Below are positions 38,830 through 52,324 of a stretch of DNA of 64,000 bases, one piece after another (the first letter of the stretch is position 1; each line of letters begins with the position of its first letter). The notes beneath the pieces are model-generated. The model worked only from the letters and a program-made list of their open reading frames with translations, was not told where the DNA came from and did not search any database. The stretch covers positions 114,020,001-114,084,000 of the forward strand of contig NC_086108.1 in NCBI RefSeq assembly GCF_963921235.1. Direction: 5' to 3'. The stretch comes from Mobula hypostoma. Lineage: Eukaryota. The translations under genes were made by a program, and so were the position numbers.

Positions 38830-41330
38830 TAAGACCATACGACATGGGAACAGAAGTAGGCCATTCGGTCAATTGAGTCTGCTCAGCCATTCCATCATGG
38901 CTGATTTATTATCCCTGTCAACCCCATTCTCCTGCCCTCTCCATGTAACTTTTAACACCCTGACAAATTTAGAACCCATCAACTTCCGGTTAAAATATAC
39001 TCAATGACTTGGCCTCCACAGCTGTCTGTAGCAATGAATTGCACACATTCACCATCCTCTGGCTAAAGATCATCCTCATTTCTGTTCTAAAGTGAAGCCT
39101 CTCTATTCAGAGTCTGTGCACTCTGGTCCTACACTCACCCACCATAGGAAACATCCTCTCCACATGCACTCTATCTAGACCATTCAATATTTGATAGGTT
39201 TCAATGAGATACTCCCTTCTTTCTTCTAAACTCCAGTGAGTACAGGCTCAGAGATATCAAATGCTTCTCATATGCATTAACCCCATCATTCCTAGGATCA
39301 CTCTGTGAACCTCCTCTGGACCCTCTCCAATGCCAGCATATGTTTTCATAGAAACATAGAAAACCTACAGCACAATACAGGCCCTACAGCCCACAAAGCT
39401 GTGCCGAACATGTCCTTACCTTAGAACGACCTAGGCTTATCCATAGTCCTCTATTTTTCTAAGCTCCATATACCTGTCCAGGAGTCTCTTAAAAGAGCCT
39501 ATCGTTTCCACCTCCAAAAGCCCATCCCACGCACTCACTGCGTAAAAAAAACTTGCCCCTGACATCTCCTCTGTACCTACTCCCAAGCAGCTTAAAACTA
39601 TGCCCTCATGTACTAGCCATTTCAGCCCTGGGAAAAAGCCTCTGACTATCCACACGATCAATGCCTCCCTATCTTGTACACCTCTGTCAGGTCACCTCTC
39701 ACCCTCCAGAGAAAAGGCCAAGTTCACTCAACCTATTCTCATAAGGCATGCTCCCCAATCTAGCCAACATCTTTGTAAATCTCCTCTGCACCCTTTCTAT
39801 GGTTTCCAGGTCCTTCCTGTAGTGAAGCGACCAGAACTGAGCACAGTAGTCCAAGTGGGGTCTGACCAGGGTCCTATATAGCTGCAACATTAATCTCAAT
39901 CCCATGATCAATGAAGGCCAATACACCATATGCCTTCTTAACCACAGAGTCAACCTGTGCAGCAGCTTTGAGTGTCCTATGGACTCAGACCCCAAGATCC
40001 CTCTGATCCTTGCCATTAATGCTATATTCTTTAGTCTTGCCATTAATGCTATATTCTGCCATCATATTTGACCTACCAAAATGAACCACCTCACACCTAT
40101 CTGGGTTGAACTCCATCTGCCACTTCTCAGCCCAGTTTTGCATCCTATCAATGTCCTGCTGTAACCTCTGACAGCCCTCCACACAATCCACAACACCCCC
40201 AACCTTTGTGTCATCAGCAAACTTACTAACCTATCCCTCCACTTCCTCATCCAGGTCATTTATAAAAATCACGAAGAGTAGGGGTCCCAGAACAGATCCC
40301 TGAGGCACACACTGGTCATCAGCCTCCATGCAGAATATGACCCGTCTACAACCACTCTCTGCCTTCTGTGGGCAAGCCAGTCCTCCAGAACCTCTCCCGT
40401 TCTCACTGACGATGCAAAGATGCCAGAGGCTCAGCAATCTGCTCCATCACCTCCCACAGTAGCCTGGGGTACATACCCTCCGGTCCCAGTGACCTATCCA
40501 ACTTGATGTTTTCCAAAAACTCCAGCACATCCTCTTACTATCTACATGCTCAAGCTTTTCAGTCCACTGCAAGTCATCCCAACAATCACCAAGATCCTTT
40601 TCCATAGTGAATACTAAAGCAAAGTATTCATTAAGTACCTCTGCCATCTCCTCCGGTTCCGTACACACTTTTCCACTGTCAGACTTGATTGGTCCTATTC
40701 TCTCACGTCTTATCCTCTTGCTTTTCACATACTTGTAGAATGCTTTGGGGTTTTCCTCAATCCTGTCTGCCAAAGCCTTCTCATGGCCCCTTCTGGCTCT
40801 CCTACTTTCATTCTTAAGCTCCTTCCTGCTAGCCTTATCTTCTAGATCTCTATCATTACCTAGTTTTTTTTTGAAACTTTCAAAAGCTCTTCTTTTCTTC
40901 TTGACTAGATTTACAACAGCCTTTGTACACCACAGTTCCTTTACTCTACCATCCTTTCCTGTTTCACTGGAATATATCTACGCAGACCCCCACACAAATA
41001 TCCCCTGAACACTTGCCACATTTCTTCCATACGTTTCCAATTTATGTTTCCAAGTTCCTGCCTGATAGCCTCATATTTCCCCTTAATCCAATTAAACATT
41101 TCCCTAACTTGTCTGTTCCTATCCCTCTCCAATGCTTTTCTTAGAGAAGAGGCCCAGAACTGCTCACAATACTCCATGTGTGGACTTATCAGTGCCTTAT
41201 AAAGTATTACATCCTTGCTTTTACATTTTAGTCCTCTCCAAATGAACGCTAACATTGCATTTGCCTTCCTTACCACTGATTCAACCTGCAATTTAACCTT
41301 TAGGGAATGCTGCACGAGGACTTGCAAGTG
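38830..41330 (-). mobile_element. Nested CR1 fragments
   Basis: [35 protein letters not shown]. Confidence 0.88.
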
Positions 41331-41613
41331 CAGGAATTAAAATTACGTTACAAGTTGGTGACACAAGTTACTGGCTATTTTTGAACGTTTGCTTGCTATG
41401 TTGAATATTTTGCACCTTGGCCTCACACGAACGTTGTCCTGGTCAGCTGTATCAATGTGTGATGTGAACGATAGTTAAACGTGATTTGATTTGAGTTCAG
41501 TTCCTCTGCACCAGTTACACTAACCAAGAATCGGAACGTGAGCTTGGACATGCCGCTGATCGGTGTTGGACCCTGGCAGACAAACTGCCCCAGTGTGGAG
41601 TCGTCCCACTGAC

Positions 41614-41862
41614 CTGATAGATCTTGGCGTCACGCATCAGCTTCTCCACTGGATAATCACTGTTGAAACCGTTGCCGCCAAAGACCTGGACAGCGTCACT
41701 GGCCACCTGATTCGCGATGTCGCCAGCGAAGGCCTTGGCAATGGAGGCGTAGTAGGTGTTCCTTCTGCCCTGGTCGACCTCCCAGGCAGCCCGCTGGTAA
41801 GCAAGGCGAGCTAGTTCCACTTTCATCGCCATCTCCGCCAACAGGAAGGAAACTGCTTGGTG
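41614..41862 (-). CDS. ACADM: ACADM exon 11 ([19 protein letters not shown]...[11 protein letters not shown])
   Basis: 249 bp; cctcag acceptor, gtcagt donor; ORF 41515..41946; QVFGGNGF acyl-CoA dehydrogenase motif. Confidence 0.98.
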
Positions 41863-41957
41863 CTGAGGGGAGGTGAGTGGCAAGAGGGGGACAAAGCGGG
41901 GCGGGGGCAGAAGGGGGAGAAGAGGGAGACAGAGGGTGAAAAGCAAGGTGTTACAGT

Positions 41958-42242
41958 AACAGTGGTTTGCATAATACTTTACAGTCTCTGATCAGGGTTC
42001 AATGTCTGTCTGTAAGGAGTCTCTGTGTTCTCCCTGTGTTTGTATGTTTCCTCTCACAGTCCAAAGATGCACATGTTCGAGTCAGTGAGTGGGGGTACGC
42101 TGTGATGTTGTGCTGGCACCAAAAGCATGGTGACACTTGCGGGCTGCCCCCAGCACATCCTCTGACTGTGTTGGTTGTTGACACAAACAACGCACTTCAC
42201 TGTATGTTTCGATGTACATGGGTCTAATAAAGCCAATCTTTG
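41958..42242 (+). mobile_element. Decayed V-SINE/HE1-like SINE
   Basis: gggttcaat...ctgtaaggagt...ttctccctgtg...cagtccaaagatg. Confidence 0.55.
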
Positions 42243-42596
42243 TCTTTTAGTAGACTACAGCTTTAGCCCAACCACATCGTATCCGAGTATCACAAAGTCT
42301 ACCGCACGGAAACAGGCCCCTCGATCCGTCAACTCCATGCTGATCATTAACCACATACATTATCCCCTTTCATTCTCTCCACATTCCTCTCAACTCCCCT
42401 GAGACTCCACCCCTCACCCACACACTGGGGACAATTCACAGTGACCAATTAACCCACCGACTCACACGTCTTTGGGATATGTAAGGAAACTAGAGTATCT
42501 GGGTTGTGGAGGGGGAACCACGTGGTCACAGTGAGAATGTGCAAGTTCTCTTGTTATGGAACATTCCGCCTTACTTTCACTGTTTGAACCCCAGTT

Positions 42597-44320
42597 GAAA
42601 ATGGCAGACGAGTTGAACAGGTACTTTGGATCTGTCTTCACCAGGGAAGACACAAACAATCTCCCAGATGTAGCAGTGGCCGGAGGACCTATGGTAATGG
42701 ATGAACTGAAGGAGATTCACATTAGGCAGAAAATGGTGTTGGATAGACTGATGGGACTGAAGGCTGATAAATCCCCAGGGCCTGATGGTCTGCACCCCAG
42801 GCTACTTAAGGAAGTGGCTCTAGAAATCATGGATACATTGGTAATTATTTTCCAATGTTCTATAGATTCAGGATCAGTTCCTGACGACTGGAGGGTAGCT
42901 AATGTTATCCCACTTTTTAAGAAAGGAGGGAGAGAGAAAACAGGAAATTATAGACCAGTTAGCCTGACATCAGTGGTGGGGAAGATGCTGGAGTCAATTA
43001 TAAAGGATGAAATAGTGCCACATTTGGATAGCAGTAACAGGATTGGTCCGAGTCAGCATGGATTTACGAAGGGGAAATCATGCTTGACTAATCTTCTGGA
43101 ATTTTTTGAGGATGTAACGATGAAAATGGACAAGGGAGAGCCAGTGGATGTAGTGTACCTGGACTTTCAGAAAGCCTTTGATAAGGTCCCACAAGGGAGA
43201 TTAGTGGGCAAAATTAGAGTACATGGTATTGGGGTAGGGTACTGATGTGGATAGAAAATGGTTGGCAGACAGGAAACAAAGAGTAGCCATTAATGGGTCC
43301 TTTTCAGAATGGCAGGCAGTGACTAGTGGGGTACCACAAGGCTCAGTGCTGGGACCGCAGCTATTTGCAATATACCTTAATGATTAGATGAAGGGATTAA
43401 AAGTAACATTAGCAAATTTGCAGATGACACAAAGCTGGATGACAGTGTGAAATGTGCAGAGGATGTTATGAGAATGCAGGGTGACTTGGACAGGTTGGGT
43501 GAGTGGGCAGATGCAGTTTAATGTGGATAAATTTACCCACTTTGGTGGCAAGAACAGGAAGGCAGATTACTATCTGAATGGTGTCAAGTTAGGAAAAGGG
43601 GAAGTACAACGAGATCTAGGTGTTCTTGTACATCAGTCACTGAAAGCAAGCATGCAGGTACAGCAGGCAGTGAAGAAAGCTAATGACATGTTGGCCTTCA
43701 TAACAAGGGGAGTTGAGTATAGGAGCAAAGAGGTCCTTCTGCAGTTGTACAGGGCCCTGGTGAGACAACACCTGGAATATTGTGTACAGTTTTGGTCTCC
43801 AAATTTGAGGAAGGACATTCTTGCTATTGAGGAAGTGCAGCAGAGGTTCAAGCGGTTAATTCCCAGGATGGTGGGACTGTCATATGTTGAAAGATTGGAG
43901 CGACTGGGCTTGTATACACTGGAATTTAGAAGGATGAGAGGGGATCTGATTGAAACACAAGATTATTAAGGGATTGGACACGCTAGAGGCAGGAAACATG
44001 TTCCTGATGTTGGGGGAGTCCAGAACCAGAGGCCACAGTTTAAGAATAAGGGGTAGGCCATTTAGAATGGAATTGAGGAAAAACTTTTTCACCCAGAGTT
44101 GGGGATCTGTGGAATGCTCTGCCTCAGAAGGCAGTGGAGGCCAATTCTCTGGATGCTTTCAAGAAAGAGTCAGATAGAGCTCTTAATGATAGCAGAGTCA
44201 AGGGATATGGGGAGAAGGCAGGGACGGGGTACTGATTGTGGATGATCAGCCATGATCACAGCGAATGGCAGTGCTGGCTTGAAGGGCCGAATGGCCTACT
44301 CCTGCACCTAATGTCTATTG
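42597..44320 (+). mobile_element. CR1 LINE, 5'-truncated RT and 3' end
   Basis: ORFs 42556..43245 and 43481..43969 (KSPGPDG, YRPVSLTS, YLDFQKAFD, LEYCVQFWSP). Confidence 0.93.
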
Positions 44321-44714
44321 TCCATTGAAAATCTCCCTTTCACATGTCCAAGTCTGAGAATGCTGAATTCTGCACTCTGCCCCAGTCACTGTTTTTTCCC
44401 TTGCCTTGCTCGGGTCGTCAACGTTCAATTGCGCAGTCCCAGTTTCCAATCCCCACCCCCCACCCTGTCACATGTTAAATTAGACTGTTTGTTATTTTCT
44501 TTGCAGGGAAAAAATAATTACCTGCTTGTATTTTTTGTAACTAATTGTATACATGCAACTGTTTAGAAACAAGAGAAAATCTGCAGATGCTGGAAATCCA
44601 AGCAACACACACAAAATGCTGGAGAAACTCACCAAGCCAGGCAGCATCTATAGAGAAAAAAATGCAGTCTATGTTTTTGGGCTGAGACCGTTTGGCAGGA
44701 GTCCTCCAGCAGTC

Positions 44715-45108
44715 AGGCCAGTGATGTTGTGGGGATGGTACTGGACTCTCTGACGGTGGTATCTGAAAAGAGGATGCTGTCCAAGTTGCATGCCATCTTG
44801 GACAATGTCTCCCATCCACTACATAATGTACTGGGTGGGCACAGGAGTACATTCAGCCAGAGACTCATTCCACCGAGATGCAGCACAGAGCGTCATAGGA
44901 AGTCAATCCTGCCTGTGGCCATCAAACTTTACAACTCCTCCCTGGAGGGTCAGACACCCTGAGCCAATAGGCTGGTCCTGGACTTATCTCCTGGCATAAT
45001 TTACATATTACTATTTAACTATTTATGGTTTTATTACTATTTATTATTTATGGTGCAACTGTAACGAAAACCAGTTTCTCCCGGGATCAATAAAGTATGA
45101 CTATGACT
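44715..45108 (+). mobile_element. Second copy of the same Rex/Babar 3' end
   Basis: Nearly identical to 9370-9768. Confidence 0.8.
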
Positions 45109-45206
45109 ATTTTGTGTGCAACTGTTTAGTATGTTACGTCGTGGTCACAGTATGCAAATGCAGTTGGAAATACGCACTGAACAGTTGTTCAGGGCTTCCC
45201 CTAGTG

Positions 45207-46422
45207 CAGGGGTTCCCAACCTTTTTTGCACTGCGGACCAGTTAATTATTGACAATATTCTTGCGGACCGGCTGACCACAGGGGAGGGGGGTAGGGTTGC
45301 CAACGGACGAGTAGCAGTCAAATACGTTGTGTTTACGCCGAGAAAGACAATGACCATGAAGCCTTGTGCGGGCACCAGTGCACATGCGTGACTTGCGCAT
45401 GCGTGTACGTGCCGATTTTTTTATACAAATCGTTTTTGGCGATTCTGTTCGGGGGGGTGGGGTGTTAATCACGACCAGAATATAGGTGATAAGTGGCTAA
45501 TACACTCACTTTAGTTTCTAAAAGGGTTTATCTAATGAATTTAATATTAAACACACTGCGCATATTTTCCCCGCATGAATATAGTGATAAGTCAATTATC
45601 AGGGAAGGACAGGGGAGCTTGAAGTGTTGAACAAACTTCCAGTAGAAGTGGTAGAGGCAGGTTCGATATTATTATTTAAAGAAAAATTGGATAGGTATAT
45701 GGACAGGAAAGGAATGGAGGGTTATGGGCTGAGTGCAGGTCGGTGGGACCAGGTGAGAGTAACGTTCGGCACGGATTAGAAGGGCCGAGATGGCCTGTTT
45801 CCCTGCTGTAATTGTTATATGGTTGTATAAGTCACTTATAAGTCAATAGCATCATAACATTTTAAGTAACGTTCGGATATTAAACACACAGCACATATTT
45901 TCCCCGTATGAACATATAAAATCATTGCAACACACCAATATCACTGAATCAATGGGAGCCCTGGGCTTGTTTCCCTGCAACGAGACTGTCCCATCGAGGG
46001 GCGATGGGAAAGAGCAATACTCGAAGGGGTTCCTGATGTCCAGTCTATTCCGCAGTTTAGTTTTCGTTGCATTCATTGCAGAGATATGTTGGAAATGGAA
46101 ACAAAGTTTTCGGTGCTTTCGTAGCTATCTCAGGATATTCAGCCTTGACTTTGATCCAGAATGCCGGCAGAGATGTTATGTCAAACATACTTTTCAGCCC
46201 GCCGTCATTTGCAAGCTCGAGGAGTTGATCTCCTTCCCATGCTGACATGGATGACGCGTGCGTAATGACCTCACGTGCGTTCAAGCTCAACAGTGGGCAT
46301 GATAGGGAATGAGGAAAGGTGCAGCTGACTCCTATTGCCAAATCATATCGTTTCCTCGCGGCCCGGTAAAACAAGCTTTGTGGCGAGGTACCGGTCCGCG
46401 GTCCGGTGGTTGGGGACCACTG
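45207..46422 (-). mobile_element. Non-autonomous hAT (Charlie-like) transposon with 8-bp TSD CCCTAGTG
   Basis: TIRs caggggttcccaacc / ggttggggaccactg; TSD at 45199-45206 and 46423-46430; C-terminal transposase remnant FWIKVKAEYPEIA...TKTKLRNRL; CR1 tail nested at ~45610-45825. Confidence 0.92.
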
Positions 46423-46980
46423 CCCTAGTGGTCACAGTCTGTATATGCAGTTGTTTGGTGTGTCCCCTAGTGGTGACAGTACGTAAATGCAGTTGTTCAG
46501 TGTGTCCCCCAGTGGTTAGCTCTTTGTAACATTCTGGAAAGCTCTAGAAAATTCTCTGGTGCTGCATTTGAGCAAAGACTATCTGATGCTCAAAACAATG
46601 TCAGAGAGGCAGTAATGGGAGACAAAGAAACAACAGACGAAATGTGTAAGTTTTATGTGTCAGTTTTCACTGTGGAAGACACCAATGGTATGCCAGTAAA
46701 TCAAGAGCAGCAGGGGGCAAAAGTGAGTGCAGTTGCTATTACCAAAGAGAAGGTGCTTGGGAAGTTGAAAGGTCCGTAGGTAGATACGTCAACTGGACCC
46801 GTTGGACTACAACACAGGGTTCTGAAGAGATTGTGGAGGCATCAGTACTGATCTTCCAAGAATCACTAGATCTGACATGATTCCAGAAGAATGGAAAACT
46901 GAAAATGTCACAGGTAGTGACAGTCACATAACAGGGTGGAAGTGTGACTCCGAAGCCAGCAACGTTATTTGTGCACTTAC

Positions 46981-47076
46981 CTCTACCAGCAACTTTCCAA
47001 ACGTTCTTCTTTCCAATGCGTATTTGGTCGCTTCATCCACAGCTCTCTGACCTAAGCCCACAGCTCCCGCAGCAAC
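46981..47076 (-). CDS. ACADM: ACADM exon 10 ([32 protein letters not shown])
   Basis: 96 bp, read manually (absent from the ORF track); ttgcag acceptor, gtaagt donor. Confidence 0.96.
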
Positions 47077-47078
47077 CT

Positions 47079-48957
47079 GCAATCCGAATAGAATACATTC
47101 AAATGTATCTACCGTCGGAGATGAACTCCGATTGGAGCACGTTCAAACCTATCTACCGCCGGGGATGGAACCGGATTGGAGCACGTTCAAACCTATCTAC
47201 CGCCGGGGATGGAACCGGATTGGAGCACGTTCAAACCTATCTACCGCCGGGGATGGAACCGGATTGGAGCACGTTCAAACCTATCTACCGCCGGGGATGG
47301 AACCGGATTGGAGCACGTTCAAACCTATCTACCGCCGGGGATGGAACCGGATTGGAGCACGTTCAAACCTATCTACCGCCGGGGATGGAACCGGATTGGA
47401 GCACGTTCAAACCTATCTACCGCCGGGGATGGAACCGGATTGGAGCACGTTCAAACCTATCTACCGCCGGGGATGGAACCGGATTGGAGCACGTTCAAAC
47501 CTATCTACAGCCGGGGATGGAACCGGATTGGAGCACGTTCAAACCTATCTACCGCCGGGGATGGAACCGGATTGGAGCACGTTCAAACCTATCTACCGCC
47601 GGGGATGGAACCGGATTGGAGCACGTTCAAACCTATCTACCGCCGGGGATGGAACCGGATTGGAGCACGTTCAAACCTATCTACCGCCGGGGCTGGAACC
47701 GGATTGGAGCACATTCAAACCTATCTACCGCCGGGGCTGGAATCCGATTGGAGCACGCTCAAACGTATCTACCGCCGGGGATGGAATCCGATTGAAACAC
47801 GCTCAAACGTATCTACCGCCGGGGATGGAATCCGATTGGAACACTTTCAAACGTATCTACCGCCGGGGATGGAATCCGATTGGAACACGTTCAAACGTAT
47901 CTACCGCCGGGGATGGAACCGGATTGGAGCACGTTCAAACCTATCTACCGCCGGGGATGGAACCGGATTGGAGCACGTTCAAACCTATCTACCGCCGGGG
48001 ATGGAACCGGATTGGAGCACGTTCAAACCTATCTACCGCCGGGGATGGAACCGGATTGGAGCACGCTCAAACGTATCTACCGCCGGGGATGGAACCGGAT
48101 TGGAGCACGTTCAAACGTATCTACCGCCGGGGATGGAATCCGATTGGAGCACGCTCAAACGTATCTACCGCCAGGGATGGAATCCGATTGGAACACGCTC
48201 AAACGTATCTACCGCCGGGGATGGAATCCGATTGGAACACGCTCAAACGTATCTACCGCCGGGGATGGAATCCGATTGGAACACGCTCAAACGTATCTAC
48301 CGCCGGGGATAGAATCCGATTGGAACACGCTCAAACGTATCTACCGCCGGGGATGGAATCCGATTGGAACACGTTCAAACGTATCTACCGTCAGGGATGG
48401 AATCGGATTGGAACACGTTCAAACGTATCTACTGTCAGGGATGGAATCTGATTGGAACACGTTCAAATGTATCTACTGTCGGGGATGGAATCCGATTGGA
48501 ACACGCTCAAACATATCTACCGCCGGGGATGGAATCGGATTGGAACACGTTCAAACGTATCTACCGTCAGGGATGGAATCGGATTGGAACACGTTCAAAC
48601 GTATCTACTGTCAGGGATGGAATCTGATTGGAACACGTTCAAATGTATCTACTGTCGGGGATGGAATCCGATTGGAACACGTTCAAACGTATCTACCGTC
48701 GGGGATGGAATCCGATTGGAACACTTTCAAACGTATCTACCGTTGGGGATGGAATCCGATTGGAACACGTTCAAACGTATCTACCATCAGGGATGGAATC
48801 GGATTGGAACACGTTCAAACGTATCTACCGTCAGGGATGGAATCAGATTGGAACACGTTCAAACGTATCTACTGTCAGGGATGGAATCTGATTGGAACAC
48901 GTTCAAATGTATCTACTGTCAGGGATGGACTCCGATTGGAACACGTTGAAGTGTATC
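47079..48957. repeat. 44-bp minisatellite, ~42 copies (ttggagcacgttcaaacctatctaccgccggggatggaaccgga) in ACADM intron 9
   Basis: Direct tandem periodicity of 44 bp, no spacers. Confidence 0.98.
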
Positions 48958-50617
48958 GTCAGGATTGCCTGCCACCCAGGCCATTCTCTTCATCCTCTAC
49001 CTTCTTGAAGATACAGGAGTTCAAGAGCCCAGATAACCAAACTCAAGAATAGCATCCCTCACCACCTCCTCCTCACTCTGCTGTCAGACTCTTGAACCAC
49101 TCACCTCTCCTTCCCGGTGCGGCTGCTACATTATCTGACTTTTAACTTTACCTCCTTCTCTCACTCACTGGCACACTAGTATTTCTGTGTGTACTATCTC
49201 AGAGTGCACTGCGGTCTCTGCACACTTCAGATGTTGTGTGTCCTTCACTGTGAAACACCCTGGTTTCCTAAGCTGCACAAGTCTAGTGAAAATGCTCACA
49301 GTCCTGTGAGATTGAGCCTGCTCTCCCTCCCCAGACCCTGATCTGTGTGGATGCTGTGTAATTCGCTACCCTGTTACAAATGACTTGACTTTGTTGCCAA
49401 GTTTGCAGATGATACAAAGACCGGTGGAGGGGCAGGTAGTGTTGAGGAAACAGATAGGCTGCAGAAGTACCTACACAGATAGGAGAATGGGCAAGAGAGT
49501 GGCAAATGAAATACAATGTTGGAAAATGCCTGGTCATGCACTTTGGTAGTAGAAATAAGTATGTAGACTATTTTCTAAATGTGGAGAAAATTCAAAAATC
49601 TGAGATGCAAAAGGACTTGGGATTCTTTATGCAGGACATCCTAAGGTTAACCTGCAGACTGAGTTGATGGTGAGGAAGGCAAATGCAATATTAGCATTCA
49701 TTTTAAGAGATCTTATGGTTTAAATTAGTGCCATGAAATAACAGACGGCACGCTGCTTACGACTAAAGGAATTATATTTCTGAATCTTAACTGAGTGGCT
49801 AGTAAAAACAAAATAGGCCCATTCTAATTAAACAGGCAAAAATGCACAAGTTGGAGGTCATCTTGAACTTCTCTGTCACTCACACACTGGGCCCTCGGTC
49901 TGCGTGAACACCCACACCACCTTCCCAACGTCGCTCACAATCCACTTCCAACAAACGGGTCTCCCACCGGATCGTACGCTACGACCGGTTCTCCCCAGTG
50001 TCTTCTCTCTTCATCCCCCGCTAAACAAAAGCCCAAGACCAACCTTACTGTGCCTCACCCAGAAAACCTCCTCCTAACTGGATGGCCCACACTCCACATC
50101 ATCCCTCATCTTCAACAATAACCCAAACAGGCTGAAAGCAGAACAGACTGCTCTTACAGAACTGCCAAAATGAAATCCCTACAGAACAGTAAAAAATATG
50201 AACCAGGGCATTACAACTGTATTTATCATTACCTAGCATACTGTTTCCTCTGTGATTCTCACACAAGCAAGTAATTTCACTGTGCCCAAGGGAGATGTGA
50301 TCATGAACTCTTCTCCAACAACACAGTCGTGTCTGGCTGCGCCTGAGTTTGGGGGGTGGGGTGGGGGAGTTGGCATTGCATGGCATGGGATAGCGCCAAG
50401 GGAGTGCCATGTCATTGGTTTATTGAATCTGAATCAGGTTTAATATCACTGACATATGGCATGAAATTCGTTGTTTTGAGGCAGCAATACAGTGCAATAC
50501 ATAATAAAAGCTACAAATTACAATATACACACAGTACATACATGTGTTATATTTATTCTGTATTGTTACCGTTTTAAAATATAAAACAAGAACAAAAATA
50601 AATTGTAGATATACGTA

Positions 50618-50618
50618 C

Positions 50619-50652
<34 letters not shown>
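50618..50652. repeat. (TA)n(CA)n microsatellite
   Basis: Direct observation. Confidence 0.9.
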
Positions 50653-50653
<1 letters not shown>

Positions 50654-50721
50654 TATTATAAATTATAGTACTATAAATATAAAATTAAATAAGTTGTGCA
50701 AAAAGAGAGCAAAAGAAAAAA

Positions 50722-51170
50722 GTAAACAAAATACTCTGCAGATGCTGGGGTCAAAGCAACACTCACAACACGCTGGAGGAACTCAGCAGGTCGGGCAGCA
50801 TCCGTGGAAAAGATTGGTTGACGTTTCGGGCCAGAATCCTTTGTCAGGACTGTAGGGGGAAGGGGCAGAGGCCCTATAAAGAAGGTGGGGGGAGGGTGGG
50901 ACGGAGAAGGCTGGTAGGTTCCAGGTGAAAAACCAGTGAGGGGAAAGATAAAGGGGTGGGGGAGGTGATAGGCAGGAAAGGTGAAGAAGGAGTAGGGGAA
51001 AACACAATGGGTAGTAGAAGGAGGCGGAACCATGAGGGAGGTGATAGGCAGCTAGGGGAGGGGGCAGAGTGACATAGGGATAGAGGAAGGGAATGGGAGG
51101 GAATTACCGGAAGTTGGAGAATTCTATGTTCGTACCAAGGGGCTAGAGACTACCTAGACAGTATATGAAA
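50722..51170 (-). mobile_element. Penelope-like 3' tail
   Basis: Reverse complement closely matches 60490-60940. Confidence 0.8.
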
Positions 51171-51805
51171 AAAGTAAGGTTGATTGTCCATTCAGAAATG
51201 TGATGGTGGAGGGGAAGAAGCTGTTATGGAATCACTGAGTGTGGATCTTCAGGCTCCTGTACCTCCTCCCTGATGGGAGCCATGAGAAGAGGGAATGTCT
51301 TTGCTGATGGATGCCGGATATTGGAATTGGGATACAAATCTAATCATTACACACTGCATTAAGGTAGAACGAGGTGAAACAACAGAAAGCAGAATAAAGT
51401 GTTACAGTTACAGAGAAAGTGCAGTGCAGATAGACAATAAGGTACAAGGTCATAAACAGGTACTGTAGATTGAGGGGACAGGAGTTCATTTTATGGTACT
51501 AGGGGACCATTCAAGAGTCTGATCAGAGTGATAAGATCTGTCTTTAAGCCTGGTGGAACATACTTTCAAGCTTTTATGTCTTCTGTCCGATGGGAGAGGG
51601 GAGAACTGAGCTGTTGAACACTTCCAGTGAAATTATATTTTCACATTTCCAGCATAGAACATTTCTGCACGTTACAGGCCTTCCGGTCCACCATACGCTG
51701 GCCTTTTAGCTTACTCCAAGATCAATCTAACCCTTCCCTCCCATTACTCTGTCATCCATGTGCCTACCTAAGAGTGGCTTCAACGCCCCTCTACCACCAG
51801 CCCTG

Positions 51806-52095
51806 TGGCGCGTTGCCAAGTGGTTAGGGCGTTGGACTAGCGATATGAAGGTCGTGGGTTCGAGCCTTGGCCGAGGCAGCGTGTGTGTCCTTCAGCAATG
51901 CACTTAACCACACAATGCTCCAGTCTACCCAGCCGAGAAAGGGTACCGGCAAAAATGCTGGGGGTTAACCTCGTGTTAGACCGGCGTCCTATCCGGGGTG
52001 GGGGGGGGGGGGGAGTCTCGTACTCTCAGTCGCTTCGCACCACGGAAACCTGCATAAGCACTGGTCTGACGGGCCACAAAGCTCGTGACATACTT
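51806..52095 (+). mobile_element. tRNA-derived SINE with CORE-like domain
   Basis: A-box gccaagtgg, B-box ggttcgagcc, tgtgtccttcagcaatgcacttaacc. Confidence 0.75.
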
Positions 52096-52324
52096 TAAAA
52101 CCACCTGGCAGCACATTCCACCTACCACTGTGTAAAACTCCTACCTCTGACATCCCCCCTATACTTTCCTCCAACCACCTTGAAATTATGTCTCCCTATG
52201 TTAACATTTCCATCGCGAGAAAAAGTCTCTGGCTATCCACTTGATTAATAACTCTTAGCTTGTATATCTCTTTCAAATCATCTCTCATCCTCCTTTGCTC
52301 CAAAGAGCCATTCTAATTCAAGTT

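Noticed and set aside
46535..46560. agctctagaa motif resembling the SNORD45 guide
   Set aside because: Wrong strand and location, no C/D boxes; lies at the edge of a CR1 fragment.
47088..48957. CRISPR-like array
   Set aside because: Units are contiguous with no unique spacers; eukaryotic context, no cas genes.
46944..49052. Long repetitive ORFs (283-439 aa) in all three + frames
   Set aside because: Artefact of a 44-bp unit lacking stop codons; the region is intronic and antisense to ACADM.
51806..51880. tRNA gene
   Set aside because: A/B boxes run into a SINE body and no complete cloverleaf forms; second copy at 62951.
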